From a virus (Duplodnaviria > Heunggongvirae > Uroviricota > Caudoviricetes): a stretch of 26,470 bases of DNA. Location of the stretch: IMG/VR virus record IMGVR_UViG_2698536552_000007. One strand, written 5' to 3'. Positions 1 through 7,751 of the stretch are shown here, in pieces. Numbering within the stretch: position 1 is the stretch's first letter; each line of letters opens with the position of its first letter. The position numbers and the translations under genes are program-made. The notes under the pieces are model-generated. The model was given only the letters and a program-made list of their open reading frames with translations. It ran no database searches and was not told the DNA's origin.

Positions 1-377
1 TGTGGCTACTTTATAAAAATAATGCCCATATAAAACAACAAGCGAAAAGGATTACGGATAAAAAAGGAGCGAGATGTGCGAACTTGTTATTTTCCATGTT
101 TAACCACCTTAAATAATTGATGATGACGGGATGATTGCATCTGTAATGCTTTTATTGAAATGTTATGATAAAAAAGAACTTTTGCATAACATTAAAATGT
201 AATTTATCTAATCGTTTTTAATAATAAGTGTCGTATTTCTATCCTTGTACCAGCTATTTGATATGTAGTGTTTGTTCATGCTATGTGGGGCTTTACACCA
301 TAGCCAGTTTATTTATACTTTATTCGTCAGCCTGAACAACTGGCATCTGCTGCGCTGCGCCATCGAGAGATTGAGAA

Positions 378-971
378 ATGGCGCATATACAACTGGTCAA
401 ACAAACCTCTTCTGGTTTACTTCTCCCGGCGACGCCGGAGAGTTGCGATTTTCTGCATCAAATCAAAATAGGTGAGTGGATACACGCAGACTTTAAGCGT
501 GTGCGTAACTACGCATTCCACAAGCGTTTTTTCAAACTCCTGCAACTGGGATTCGATTACTGGACTCCGGTCGGTGGGGCGATCACGCCTCGCGAACGAG
601 AACTGCTGTCTGGTTTCGTTGATTACCTGTGCGAATCAGTTGGTCGGGAACACACGCCAGCCCTGAGTGATGCCGCAGAGCANNNNNNNNNNNNNNNNNN
701 NNNNNNNNNNNNNNNNNNNNNNNNNNNNNNNNNNNNNNNNNNNNNNNNNNNNNNNNNNNNNNNNNNNNNNNNNNNNNNNNNNNNNNNNNNNNNNNNNNNN
801 NNNNNNNNNNNNNNNNNNNNNNNNNNNNNNNNNNNNNNNNNNNNNNNNNNNNNNNNNNNNNNNNNNNNNNNNNNNNNNNNNNNNNNNNNNNNNNNNNNNN
901 NNNNNNNNNNNNNNNNNNNNNNNNNNNNNNNNGTTGAAAATGTGGCCGCACAACTACTGGAGTTTGCGTAA
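378..971 (+). CDS. Nin-region phage protein, DUF1367-like (YdfU family); interior masked by N block 683..932
   Basis: Long ORF with ATG start; its stop overlaps the ATG of the next gene (TAATG at 969..973). Family assignment is from memory of lambdoid prophage Nin-region proteins and is unverified. Confidence 0.45.
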   Translation: MAHIQLVKQTSSGLLLPATPESCDFLHQIKIGEWIHADFKRVRNYAFHKRFFKLLQLGFDYWTPVGGAITPRERELLSGFVDYLCESVGREHTPALSDAAEXXXXXXXXXXXXXXXXXXXXXXXXXXXXXXXXXXXXXXXXXXXXXXXXXXXXXXXXXXXXXXXXXXXXXXXXXXXXXXXXXXXXVENVAAQLLEFA

Positions 972-1261
972 TGGTGAATTTACGTAAAGCGGCTAAAGGC
1001 CAGATGTGCCAGATCAGAATCCCTGGCTACTGCAATCACAATCCCGAAACCTCTGTGCTGGCGCATTACAGGCTGGCGGGGACGTGCGGAACAGCGACAA
1101 AACCACATGATATGCAGGCGGCGATAGCCTGTAGCTCATGCCACGATCTAATCGACGGGCGGGTAAAAACCAGCGATTACACCAAAGAAGAATTGCGCCT
1201 GATGCATGCTGAAGGGGTTTTTCGCACACAAGAAATCTGGAGAAAGAAAGGTCATTTATGA
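971..1261 (+). CDS. DUF1364/YbcO-like Cys-rich putative nuclease
   Basis: 96-aa ORF with four spaced Cys (CQIRIPGYC ... CSSCHD) and overall resemblance to DLP12 YbcO as I recall it. Start is coupled to the upstream stop; its own stop overlaps the next ATG (ATGA at 1258..1261). Confidence 0.55.
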   Translation: MVNLRKAAKGQMCQIRIPGYCNHNPETSVLAHYRLAGTCGTATKPHDMQAAIACSSCHDLIDGRVKTSDYTKEELRLMHAEGVFRTQEIWRKKGHL

Positions 1262-1553
1262 TTTACCCAACGAATACAGGANNNNNNNNNNNNNNNNNNN
1301 NNNNNNNNNNNNNNNNNNNNNNNNNNNNNNNNNNNNNNNNNNNNNNNNNNNNNNNNNNNNNNNNNNNNNNNNNNNNNNNNNNNNNNNNNNNNNNNNNNNN
1401 NNNNNNNNNNNNNNNNNNNNNNNNNNNNNNNNNNNNNNNNNNNNNNNNNNNNNNNNNNNNNNNNNNNNNNNNNNNNNNNNNNNNNNNNNNNNNNNNNNNN
1501 NNNNNNNNNNNNNNNNNNNNNNNNNNNNNNNTTATGTATTGATCGAGTCATAA
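1258..1553 (+). CDS. hypothetical protein, mostly masked (N block 1282..1531); RusA-like by position only
   Basis: ATG at 1258 overlaps the upstream stop. Reading frame cannot be followed through the N block, so the end is either 1542 or 1553. The RusA idea comes only from ybcO-rusA synteny in DLP12; the visible N-terminus does not obviously match RusA. Confidence 0.25.
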
Positions 1554-1558
1554 GTGAG

Positions 1559-1771
1559 GTGCTGGCAGAGCATCCAGGATTGATTTGCATTCTCCGGCAA
1601 CGCTATGAAGGGCGGGGGATGACTAAGCGCAAAATGGCTGAATTGCTAAATGATGCACACCCAGAGTGGTGTTTTAGCACATGCGAAAAACGGATTGCTA
1701 ATTGGTTAGCTGTTGCTGAGTATGCCCTATATATTCCCATGCGTGAATCATTTGCTGAGAAAATGGCTTGA
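1559..1771 (+). CDS. small hypothetical protein (alternative ATG start at 1619); could be a short Q-like late regulator or a Nin-region small protein
   Basis: ORF begins right after an in-frame stop at 1556..1558; a purine-rich stretch precedes the internal ATG at 1619. It lies directly upstream of a terminator hairpin. No recognisable motif. Confidence 0.35.
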   Translation: MLAEHPGLICILRQRYEGRGMTKRKMAELLNDAHPEWCFSTCEKRIANWLAVAEYALYIPMRESFAEKMA

Positions 1772-1851
1772 TTTCTTACGTATAAACTGCTTCAATTTTG
1801 CTATGCTTCGCAAAGCTGTATCGCGAGGCGGATTGCAGACATGGACATCGT

Positions 1852-1878
1852 AAAAAAACCGCTTAATGCGGTTTTTTT
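1852..1878 (+). terminator. rho-independent terminator-like hairpin (A7-CCGC / loop TTAAT / GCGG-T7), possibly bidirectional; candidate tR'-like element
   Basis: Perfect inverted repeat aaaaaaaccgc / gcggttttttt with a 5-nt loop, about 80 nt downstream of the 1559..1771 ORF. Confidence 0.55.
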
Positions 1879-2771
1879 ACGTCAGGAAAGCAGGGGAGAA
1901 TGCTGCTAGTTGGGCAACTGGTCTTTCTGCTCCAAATTATAACAGAGACCAGTTATAGTTTCGGTGCTGTGTTTTTTTTACAATATTGTGATAACACATT
2001 GCTGGCGGGAGTTTTGATATTTCTTGGCAGGGGCTGATGATGCGTTATCCTGATGTCGTCAACTCATATAAAATGAGATGAGAGATCATTGCAGGGTGGT
2101 TTGTAATTCGCTGTTTAGCGGGANNNNNNNNNNNNNNNNNNNNNNNNNNNNNNNNNNNNNNNNNNNNNNNNNNNNNNNNNNNNNNNNNNNNNNNNNNNNN
2201 NNNNNNNNNNNNNNNNNNNNNNNNNNNNNNNNNNNNNNNNNNNNNNNNNNNNNNNNNNNNNNNNNNNNNNNNNNNNNNNNNNNNNNNNNNNNNNNNNNNN
2301 NNNNNNNNNNNNNNNNNNNNNNNNNNNNNNNNNNNNNNNNNNNNNNNNNNNNNNNNNNNNNNNNNNNNNNNNNNNNNNNNNNNNNNNNATTTTTTGTTTT
2401 CCTTTTTTCCAGTCATCTGATGATGACCTGCTTCTTTTTAATCCGGATCGACATCAGTTTTTTAAGATAATTCCTGCGAGTTATATGCATAAATGCCACA
2501 AACTCCGCATTTTATGTGGTTGGGAGTTGCCGGGCGCGCAGTGAGTTTGCTAAGAAAACTCCTGCATGGTGAATCCCCCTGTGCGGTGGGGTGATACCAT
2601 TAACCTTTTCTGTCGCCGACAGGTATCACGAACATTTTGTTCACCGGGAGGCACCCGGCACCATGCACTTCAATAGATTCTCTCCACATTATGGATATTC
2701 TTTCAGAATATCCCACGCAGACTTTGTGTAAATGTTAACAAATGTGCGTTTTATTTGATCTGATTCGCTGT

Positions 2772-2801
2772 TTGAGCGTCCAAAACAACGGTATATATAA
2801 T
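2772..2801 (+). promoter_or_regulatory. candidate sigma70 promoter for the lipoprotein moron (TTGAGC, 18-nt spacer, TATAAT)
   Basis: TTGAGC at 2772..2777 and TATAAT at 2796..2801, about 30 nt upstream of the ATG at 2831, in an AT-rich intergenic stretch. Confidence 0.3.
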
Positions 2802-2830
2802 CCTTTACTATATGACATATGTGAGGAAAA

Positions 2831-3259
2831 ATGGGTTTTCGTAGCGCATCAATTCTTACGTTGATTATTAGTGGGATTATTATCGGGTGCACTGATGCTG
2901 TATCGACAAATTATCATGACCGTACATCATATTACTCCGATAAAGCAATAGAGACACAGTATGTGAGTTCATCTGAACGTACTTCTGATGTTAGTGAGGA
3001 TATCCGTCTGTATGCCCATCAAATCAAGAGCGCCATCGAAAAACAGTTCGGGGATGCGAGTAAGTATTCAGGAAAAGAGTGTACACTGAGAATGCATATG
3101 GCCCCGAATGGCCTTCTACTGGAGGTTAAAAGAGAAAGTGGAGACCTCGATTTATGTCGTGAAGCGATGAATGCGATAAAGAATGCTGATATACCTGCCC
3201 CCCCTTCGCCGGAAGTATATAAAGTATTTCAAAATGGGGTGCTGGATTTTAAACCCTGA
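2831..3259 (+). CDS. lipoprotein with TolA C-terminal (domain III)-like domain
   Basis: SD gtgaggaaaa precedes the ATG. N-terminal signal peptide ends in a lipobox (IIGC). The C-terminal ~85 aa (YAHQIKSAIEKQFGDASKYSGKECTLRMHMAPNGLLLEVK...PPSPEVYKVFQNGVLDFKP) aligns by eye with E. coli TolA domain III (YAGQIKSAIESKFYDASSYAGKTCTLRIKLAPDGMLLDIK...PPSQAVYEVFKNAPLDFKP), including both Cys. Confidence 0.8.
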   Translation: MGFRSASILTLIISGIIIGCTDAVSTNYHDRTSYYSDKAIETQYVSSSERTSDVSEDIRLYAHQIKSAIEKQFGDASKYSGKECTLRMHMAPNGLLLEVKRESGDLDLCREAMNAIKNADIPAPPSPEVYKVFQNGVLDFKP

Positions 3260-3409
3260 TATTTATTGTTTTGTAATAAACGGTTTCGGCTTAGGTTTGT
3301 TCTGACACAGCTACGGCACTGAGCTAAATTTAGCGGATAGTCAGCTCTGAGCCAGTGGCGGACGTAACAACTACTATTGCTGAGATTTTAATGGATTGAG
3401 GAGCAAGAA

Positions 3410-3805
3410 GTGGGATTAAAGAAAATCGTTATGTTGACTTTTTGGGTCGGTTTTGTTGCGGGATGCACACCTTTACACCCTTCAGATTGCCACAAAACTA
3501 CTGCTACAGGTAGTTGCAGTTCAGGACGCTGGGATGATCAGGATGAATGGGGGGCGCAAGCGCGGGGAATCAGAGCTGCAATTAATGCCAAACTTGATGA
3601 GCCGCATAACTGGAAAGGGAAAAAATGCAGGTTGCATATGGAATTCTCTCAGGATGGCACGGCGTTAAAAATATCTACCAGTAACGGTGATAAAGCCTAT
3701 TGCGAAGCGATAAAGTCCGCAGCTCATAAAGCCAAATTTCCGGCCTTCAACAATCCGGAAGTCTACAGAGATTTTCAGAAATCTGGCTTTGACATGCGAG
3801 GTTAG
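3410..3805 (+). CDS. lipoprotein, divergent paralog with TolA domain III-like C-terminus
   Basis: GTG start with SD gaggag 6 nt upstream. Signal peptide with lipobox (VAGC). C-terminal region keeps the GKxC-L-M...G.L...C...A...FPA...PEVY.DFQ pattern shared with the upstream paralog and with TolA domain III. Confidence 0.7.
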   Translation: MGLKKIVMLTFWVGFVAGCTPLHPSDCHKTTATGSCSSGRWDDQDEWGAQARGIRAAINAKLDEPHNWKGKKCRLHMEFSQDGTALKISTSNGDKAYCEAIKSAAHKAKFPAFNNPEVYRDFQKSGFDMRG

Positions 3806-3930
3806 CTCTTCAATTACTATATCTCATTCATAGCAAACTGACAGATTTGATGATGTTCTATATACGAAACCTGTGATGTCAAGTCTGAGCTAATACAAAT
3901 AAACATAATATCAGAGAAATACATTTTATT

Positions 3931-3952
3931 AGCTCGCTACGGCGAGCTTTTT
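3931..3952 (+). terminator. rho-independent terminator (agctcgc / loop tacg / gcgagct + T4) closing the lipoprotein moron
   Basis: Perfect 7-bp stem, 4-nt loop and T-run, about 125 nt after the second lipoprotein gene and about 100 nt before the holin. Confidence 0.55.
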
Positions 3953-4056
3953 ATATTGCATCGTCTCCAGCATATATATCAATTAAGGCTCTGATTGATG
4001 TGTCTGAAAGCCTACACATAATAACTATGCCATCCGTTCCGTGCGGAGGTGAGGCT

Positions 4057-4272
4057 ATGAAATCCATGGACAAAATTTCAACAGGCATTGCCTACGGCAC
4101 CTCCGCAGGCAGTGCTGGCTACTGGTTTTTACAGTTGCTCGATAGAGTAACTCCGTCACAGTGGGCTGCAATCGGTGTGCTGGGTAGTCTGGTATTTGGC
4201 CTGCTGACGTACCTGACAAACCTTTATTTCAAGATTAAAGAAGATAAGCGCAAGGCTGCGAGAGGTGAATAA
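4057..4272 (+). CDS. S: phage-21-type pinholin (class II holin) with dual-start motif MKSM
   Basis: SD ggaggtgagg precedes the ATG. The protein ([31 protein letters not shown]...[13 protein letters not shown]) closely matches phage 21 S as I recall it, with two TMDs and a charged C-terminus. Stop overlaps the endolysin ATG. Confidence 0.88.
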   Translation: MKSMDKISTGIAYGTSAGSAGYWFLQLLDRVTPSQWAAIGVLGSLVFGLLTYLTNLYFKIKEDKRKAARGE

Positions 4273-4769
4273 TGCCTCCATCATTACGAAAAGTCGTTGC
4301 TGCTGCTATTGGTGGCGGAGCAATTGCTATAGCATCAGTGTTAATCACTGGCCCAAGTGGTAACGATGGTCTGGAAGGTGTCAGCTACATACCATACAAA
4401 GATATTGTTGGTGTATGGACTGTATGTCACGGGCATACAGGAAAAGACATCATGCTCGGTAAAACGTATACCAAAGCAGAATGCAAAACACTCTTGAATA
4501 AAGACCTTGCCACTGTCGCCAGACAAATTAACCCGTACATCAAAGTCGATATACCGGAAACAACGCGCGGCGCTCTTTACTCGTTCGTTTACAACGTGGG
4601 TGCTGGTAATTTCAGAACATCGACGCTTCTTCGCAAAATAAACCAGGGCGATATCAAAGGCGCATGTGATCAGCTACGTCGCTGGACATATGCTGGCGGT
4701 AAGCAATGGAAAGGTCTCATGACTCGTCGTGAGATTGAGCGTGAAATCTGTTTGTGGGGTCAGCAATGA
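4272..4769 (+). CDS. R: SAR endolysin (phage 21 R-like lysozyme)
   Basis: N-terminal Gly/Ala-rich signal-anchor-release segment ([20 protein letters not shown]) followed by a lysozyme-like domain. Sits directly after the pinholin, as in phage 21. Confidence 0.88.
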   Translation: MPPSLRKVVAAAIGGGAIAIASVLITGPSGNDGLEGVSYIPYKDIVGVWTVCHGHTGKDIMLGKTYTKAECKTLLNKDLATVARQINPYIKVDIPETTRGALYSFVYNVGAGNFRTSTLLRKINQGDIKGACDQLRRWTYAGGKQWKGLMTRREIEREICLWGQQ

Positions 4770-5230
4770 ACAGAGTAACCGCGATTATCTCCGCTCTGGT
4801 TATCTGCATCATCGTCTGCCTGTCATGGGCTGTTAATCATTACCGTGATAACGCCATTACCTACAAAGCCCAGCGCGACAAAAATGCCAGAGAACTGAAG
4901 CTGGCGAACGCGGCAATTACTGACATGCAGATGCGTCAGCGTGATGTTGCTGCGCTCGATGCAAAATACACGAAGGAGTTAGCTGATGCGAAAGCTGAAA
5001 ATGATGCTCTGCGTGATGATGTTGCCGCTGGTCGTCGTCGGTTGCACATCAAAGCAGTCTGTCAGTCAGTGCGTGAAGCCACCACCGCCTCCGGCGTGGA
5101 TAATGCAGCCTCCCCCCGACTGGCAGACACCGCTGAACGGGATTATTTCACCCTCCGGGAACGACTGGTAATGATGCAGGCCCAACTTGAAGGTGCTCAG
5201 CAATACATAACCGAGCAGTGTTTAAAGTAA
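4766..5230 (+). CDS. Rz: Rz i-spanin
   Basis: ATG overlaps the endolysin stop (ATGA at 4766..4769). N-terminal TMD followed by a coiled-coil-like periplasmic domain; Rz1 is embedded in the +1 frame. Confidence 0.85.
   Translation: MNRVTAIISALVICIIVCLSWAVNHYRDNAITYKAQRDKNARELKLANAAITDMQMRQRDVAALDAKYTKELADAKAENDALRDDVAAGRRRLHIKAVCQSVREATTASGVDNAASPRLADTAERDYFTLRERLVMMQAQLEGAQQYITEQCLK
4986..5171 (+). CDS. Rz1: Rz1 o-spanin lipoprotein, embedded within Rz
   Basis: SD aaggag 7 nt upstream of the ATG. Lipoprotein signal with Cys (VVVGC) and a proline-rich mature part ([15 protein letters not shown]), entirely inside Rz in another frame. Confidence 0.75.
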   Translation: MRKLKMMLCVMMLPLVVVGCTSKQSVSQCVKPPPPPAWIMQPPPDWQTPLNGIISPSGNDW

Positions 5231-5367
5231 AATCTTAACTACAATATGATTCATTTTGATGATTGTTTCATAAGGAACAGTGAAGTAAGATCTAAGAGGA
5301 GTTAAATTTTATACAGTATAATCATAATATTGCAGCAAGGTGGTTATAATTGAAAGAATATTTAGAT

Positions 5368-6825
5368 ATGAATACATCTCATGTAAGAGTTGTTACTCAT
5401 ATGTGTGGGTTCCTGGTTTGGCTCTATAGTCTTTCAATGTTGCCACCAATGGTTGTAGCATTGTTTTATAAAGAAAAAAGCCTGTTCGTTTTCTTTATAA
5501 CTTTCGTTATATTTTTTTGCATTGGTGGCGGAGCGTGGTATACAACTAAGAAATCTGGCATTCAATTACGTACCCGTGATGGGTTTATTATAATTGTAAT
5601 GTTTTGGATTTTGTTTTCTGTTATTAGTGCATTCCCTTTATGGATTGACTCAGAACTTAATTTAACGTTCATTGATGCTCTGTTTGAAGGGGTTTCTGGA
5701 ATAACAACAACAGGAGCAACTGTAATTGATGATGTTAGTTCATTACCTCGGGCATATTTGTACTATCGGTCACAGTTAAATTTTATAGGTGGTTTAGGAG
5801 TTATTGTTCTGGCGGTTGCAGTATTGCCATTATTGGGTATTGGTGGTGCAAAGCTTTATCAGTCAGAAATGCCGGGGCCATTTAAGGATGACAAACTCAC
5901 TCCCCGCCTGGCCGATACGTCACGGACACTGTGGATAACTTATTCTTTATTAGGTATTGCTTGTATTGTCTGTTATAGACTTGCAGGAATGCCTTTGTTT
6001 GATGCTATTTGTCACGGGATTTCCACAGTTTCGCTTGGTGGTTTCTCAACTCATAGCGAGAGTATCGGATATTTTAATAACTATTTGGTTGAGCTGGTGG
6101 CTGGTTCTTTTTCCCTGCTATCGGCTTTCAACTTCACTCTTTGGTATATTGTTATTAGCAGAAAAACGATAAAACCTTTAATCAGAGATATTGAACTTCG
6201 TTTCTTTCTGTTAATAGCCTTAGGGGTGATCATTGTTACCTCTTTCCAGGTCTGGCATATAGGTATGTATGACTTGCATGGAAGTTTTATTCATTCGTTT
6301 TTTCTTGCCAGCTCCATGCTCACTGATAATGGTTTAGCTACGCAGGATTATGCAAACTGGCCCACGCACACGATAGTGTTTTTGCTGTTGTCAAGTTTCT
6401 TTGGGGGATGTATAGGTTCAACCTGTGGTGGAATTAAGTCACTTCGATTTCTTATACTTTTCAAACAAAGCAAACACGAGATAAATCAGCTTTCTCATCC
6501 CAGAGCGTTGTTGAGTGTAAATGTAGGAGGGAAGATAGTTACAGATCGTGTAATGAGGTCTGTATGGAGTTTCTTTTTTCTTTATACTCTCTTCACGGTG
6601 TTTTTTATACTGGTGTTAAATGGTATGGGATATGATTTTCTTACATCATTTGCAACAGTGGCTGCATGTATTAATAATATGGGATTAGGTTTTGGGGCTA
6701 CTGCATCGTCATTCGGAGTGCTTAATGACATTGCAAAATATTTAATGTGCATAGCTATGATTCTTGGTCGCCTTGAAATTTATCCTGTTATTATATTGTT
6801 TTCAGGTTTTTTTTGGCGCTCCTAA
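5368..6825 (+). CDS. trkG: TrkG/TrkH-family K+ uptake membrane protein (Rac-prophage trkG-like)
   Basis: Polytopic membrane protein that aligns by eye with E. coli TrkH (GATVIDDVSSLP...VLAVAVLPLLGIGGAKLYQSEMPGPFKDDK vs TrkH GATTLVGLDSLP...[30 protein letters not shown]). 485 aa from ATG 5368; an alternative TTG start at 5350 has a better SD. AT-rich relative to neighbours. K-12 trkG lies after Rz in Rac. Confidence 0.88.
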   Translation: MNTSHVRVVTHMCGFLVWLYSLSMLPPMVVALFYKEKSLFVFFITFVIFFCIGGGAWYTTKKSGIQLRTRDGFIIIVMFWILFSVISAFPLWIDSELNLTFIDALFEGVSGITTTGATVIDDVSSLPRAYLYYRSQLNFIGGLGVIVLAVAVLPLLGIGGAKLYQSEMPGPFKDDKLTPRLADTSRTLWITYSLLGIACIVCYRLAGMPLFDAICHGISTVSLGGFSTHSESIGYFNNYLVELVAGSFSLLSAFNFTLWYIVISRKTIKPLIRDIELRFFLLIALGVIIVTSFQVWHIGMYDLHGSFIHSFFLASSMLTDNGLATQDYANWPTHTIVFLLLSSFFGGCIGSTCGGIKSLRFLILFKQSKHEINQLSHPRALLSVNVGGKIVTDRVMRSVWSFFFLYTLFTVFFILVLNGMGYDFLTSFATVAACINNMGLGFGATASSFGVLNDIAKYLMCIAMILGRLEIYPVIILFSGFFWRS

Positions 6826-6962
6826 TATATGGCTGATTTATAATTGTGAGTTTAATATTATGTTGACTCACTCATTGATCCAATACCTAACTTTACCAGC
6901 AACACCTCCGCCCCCAGTAGCACTGGCTGCTGGGGTGCGTTTTATTCATAAAGCAAGGCTGT

Positions 6963-7751
6963 ATGAGCGAGAAATTAAAGATAGTCTATCGCCCATTACA
7001 AGAATTGTCACCGTATGCGCACAACGCCAGGACGCACAGTACTGAGCAGGTGGCACAACTGGTAGAAAGTATTAAGCAATTCGGCTGGACTAATCCGGTG
7101 CTGATTGACGAAAAGGGCGAAATTATTGCGGGTCACGGTCGTGTTATGGCGGCTGAAATGCTCAAAATGGATTCTGTTCCGGTCATTGTTCTGTCTGGCC
7201 TGACGGATGAGCAGAAAAAGGCGTACCGCCTGGCAGATAATCGCCTGCCGATGAATGCTGGCTGGGATGAAGATCTGTTGCGGATGGAGCTGTCGGACCT
7301 AATCAATGCTGATTTTGATGTCTCCCTGACAGGCTTCATCCCGGCAGAAATTGATGAACTGTTGACGGATGTTTTGCCCGGTACAGGAAATGAGGAGGAG
7401 CCGTATACGACGAAAATTGATACGCCTGTTTATGAGCCGTCAGGCGGTAAACCGGATATCAGTGAACTGTACGACGATACGAAAACTCAGGAGCTGATCA
7501 GCCGGATACGTTCGGCGTCCCTTGATCCTGATATTGAGAAATTCCTCCTGTGTGCAGCAGAACGTCACACGGTGTTTAATTTCAGCAGAATTGCGGACTA
7601 TTACGCTCATGCCCCCGCTGAAATTCAGTGCCTTTTCGAGGAGTCGGCGCTGGTGATCATTGATTATCAGCAGGCTATTGAAAATGGATTTGTCCGAATG
7701 ACGCAGCGCATGGTGGAGATCATGCATGGCGGGGAGGAGGAATATGCGTGA
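6963..7751 (+). CDS. ParB N-terminal (ParB/Srx-like nuclease) domain protein
   Basis: N-terminus KIVYRPLQELSPYAHNARTHS...NPVLIDEKGEIIAGHGRVMAAEML fits the ParB N-domain pattern, including the GxGR motif. C-terminal ~150 aa has unknown function. Its stop overlaps the start of the next gene. Confidence 0.8.
   Translation: MSEKLKIVYRPLQELSPYAHNARTHSTEQVAQLVESIKQFGWTNPVLIDEKGEIIAGHGRVMAAEMLKMDSVPVIVLSGLTDEQKKAYRLADNRLPMNAGWDEDLLRMELSDLINADFDVSLTGFIPAEIDELLTDVLPGTGNEEEPYTTKIDTPVYEPSGGKPDISELYDDTKTQELISRIRSASLDPDIEKFLLCAAERHTVFNFSRIADYYAHAPAEIQCLFEESALVIIDYQQAIENGFVRMTQRMVEIMHGGEEEYA

Noticed and set aside
272-475. ORF 272..475 (+) overlapping the start of the DUF1367-like gene
   Set aside because: Cys/His-rich low-complexity translation with no SD, and it overlaps a better-supported gene in another frame. 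The AT-rich region 1..377 probably holds regulatory sequence, but I could not make a confident call.
583-987. Track ORFs 583..951 (-), 636..953 (-) and 667..987 (+), whose translations are almost entirely X
   Set aside because: They exist only because the N block 683..932 contains no stop codons; no real sequence supports them. The same applies to 2045..2416 (-), 2078..2470 (+), 9906..10292 (-), 9961..10383 (+), 9968..10378 (-) and 19705..20037 (-).
2500-2720. Possible tRNA or structured RNA in the GC-rich segment between the masked block and the lipoprotein promoter
   Set aside because: Lambdoid phages often carry tRNAs between Q and the lysis genes, so I looked for T-loop (GTTCGAATC-like), D-arm and acceptor/CCA features. 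None fits a cloverleaf; only short local dyads are present.
5957-6172. Internal + strand ORF 5957..6172 and other short alternative-frame ORFs within trkG
   Set aside because: Entirely inside the trkG coding region in a different frame; AT-rich DNA gives hydrophobic-looking spurious ORFs.
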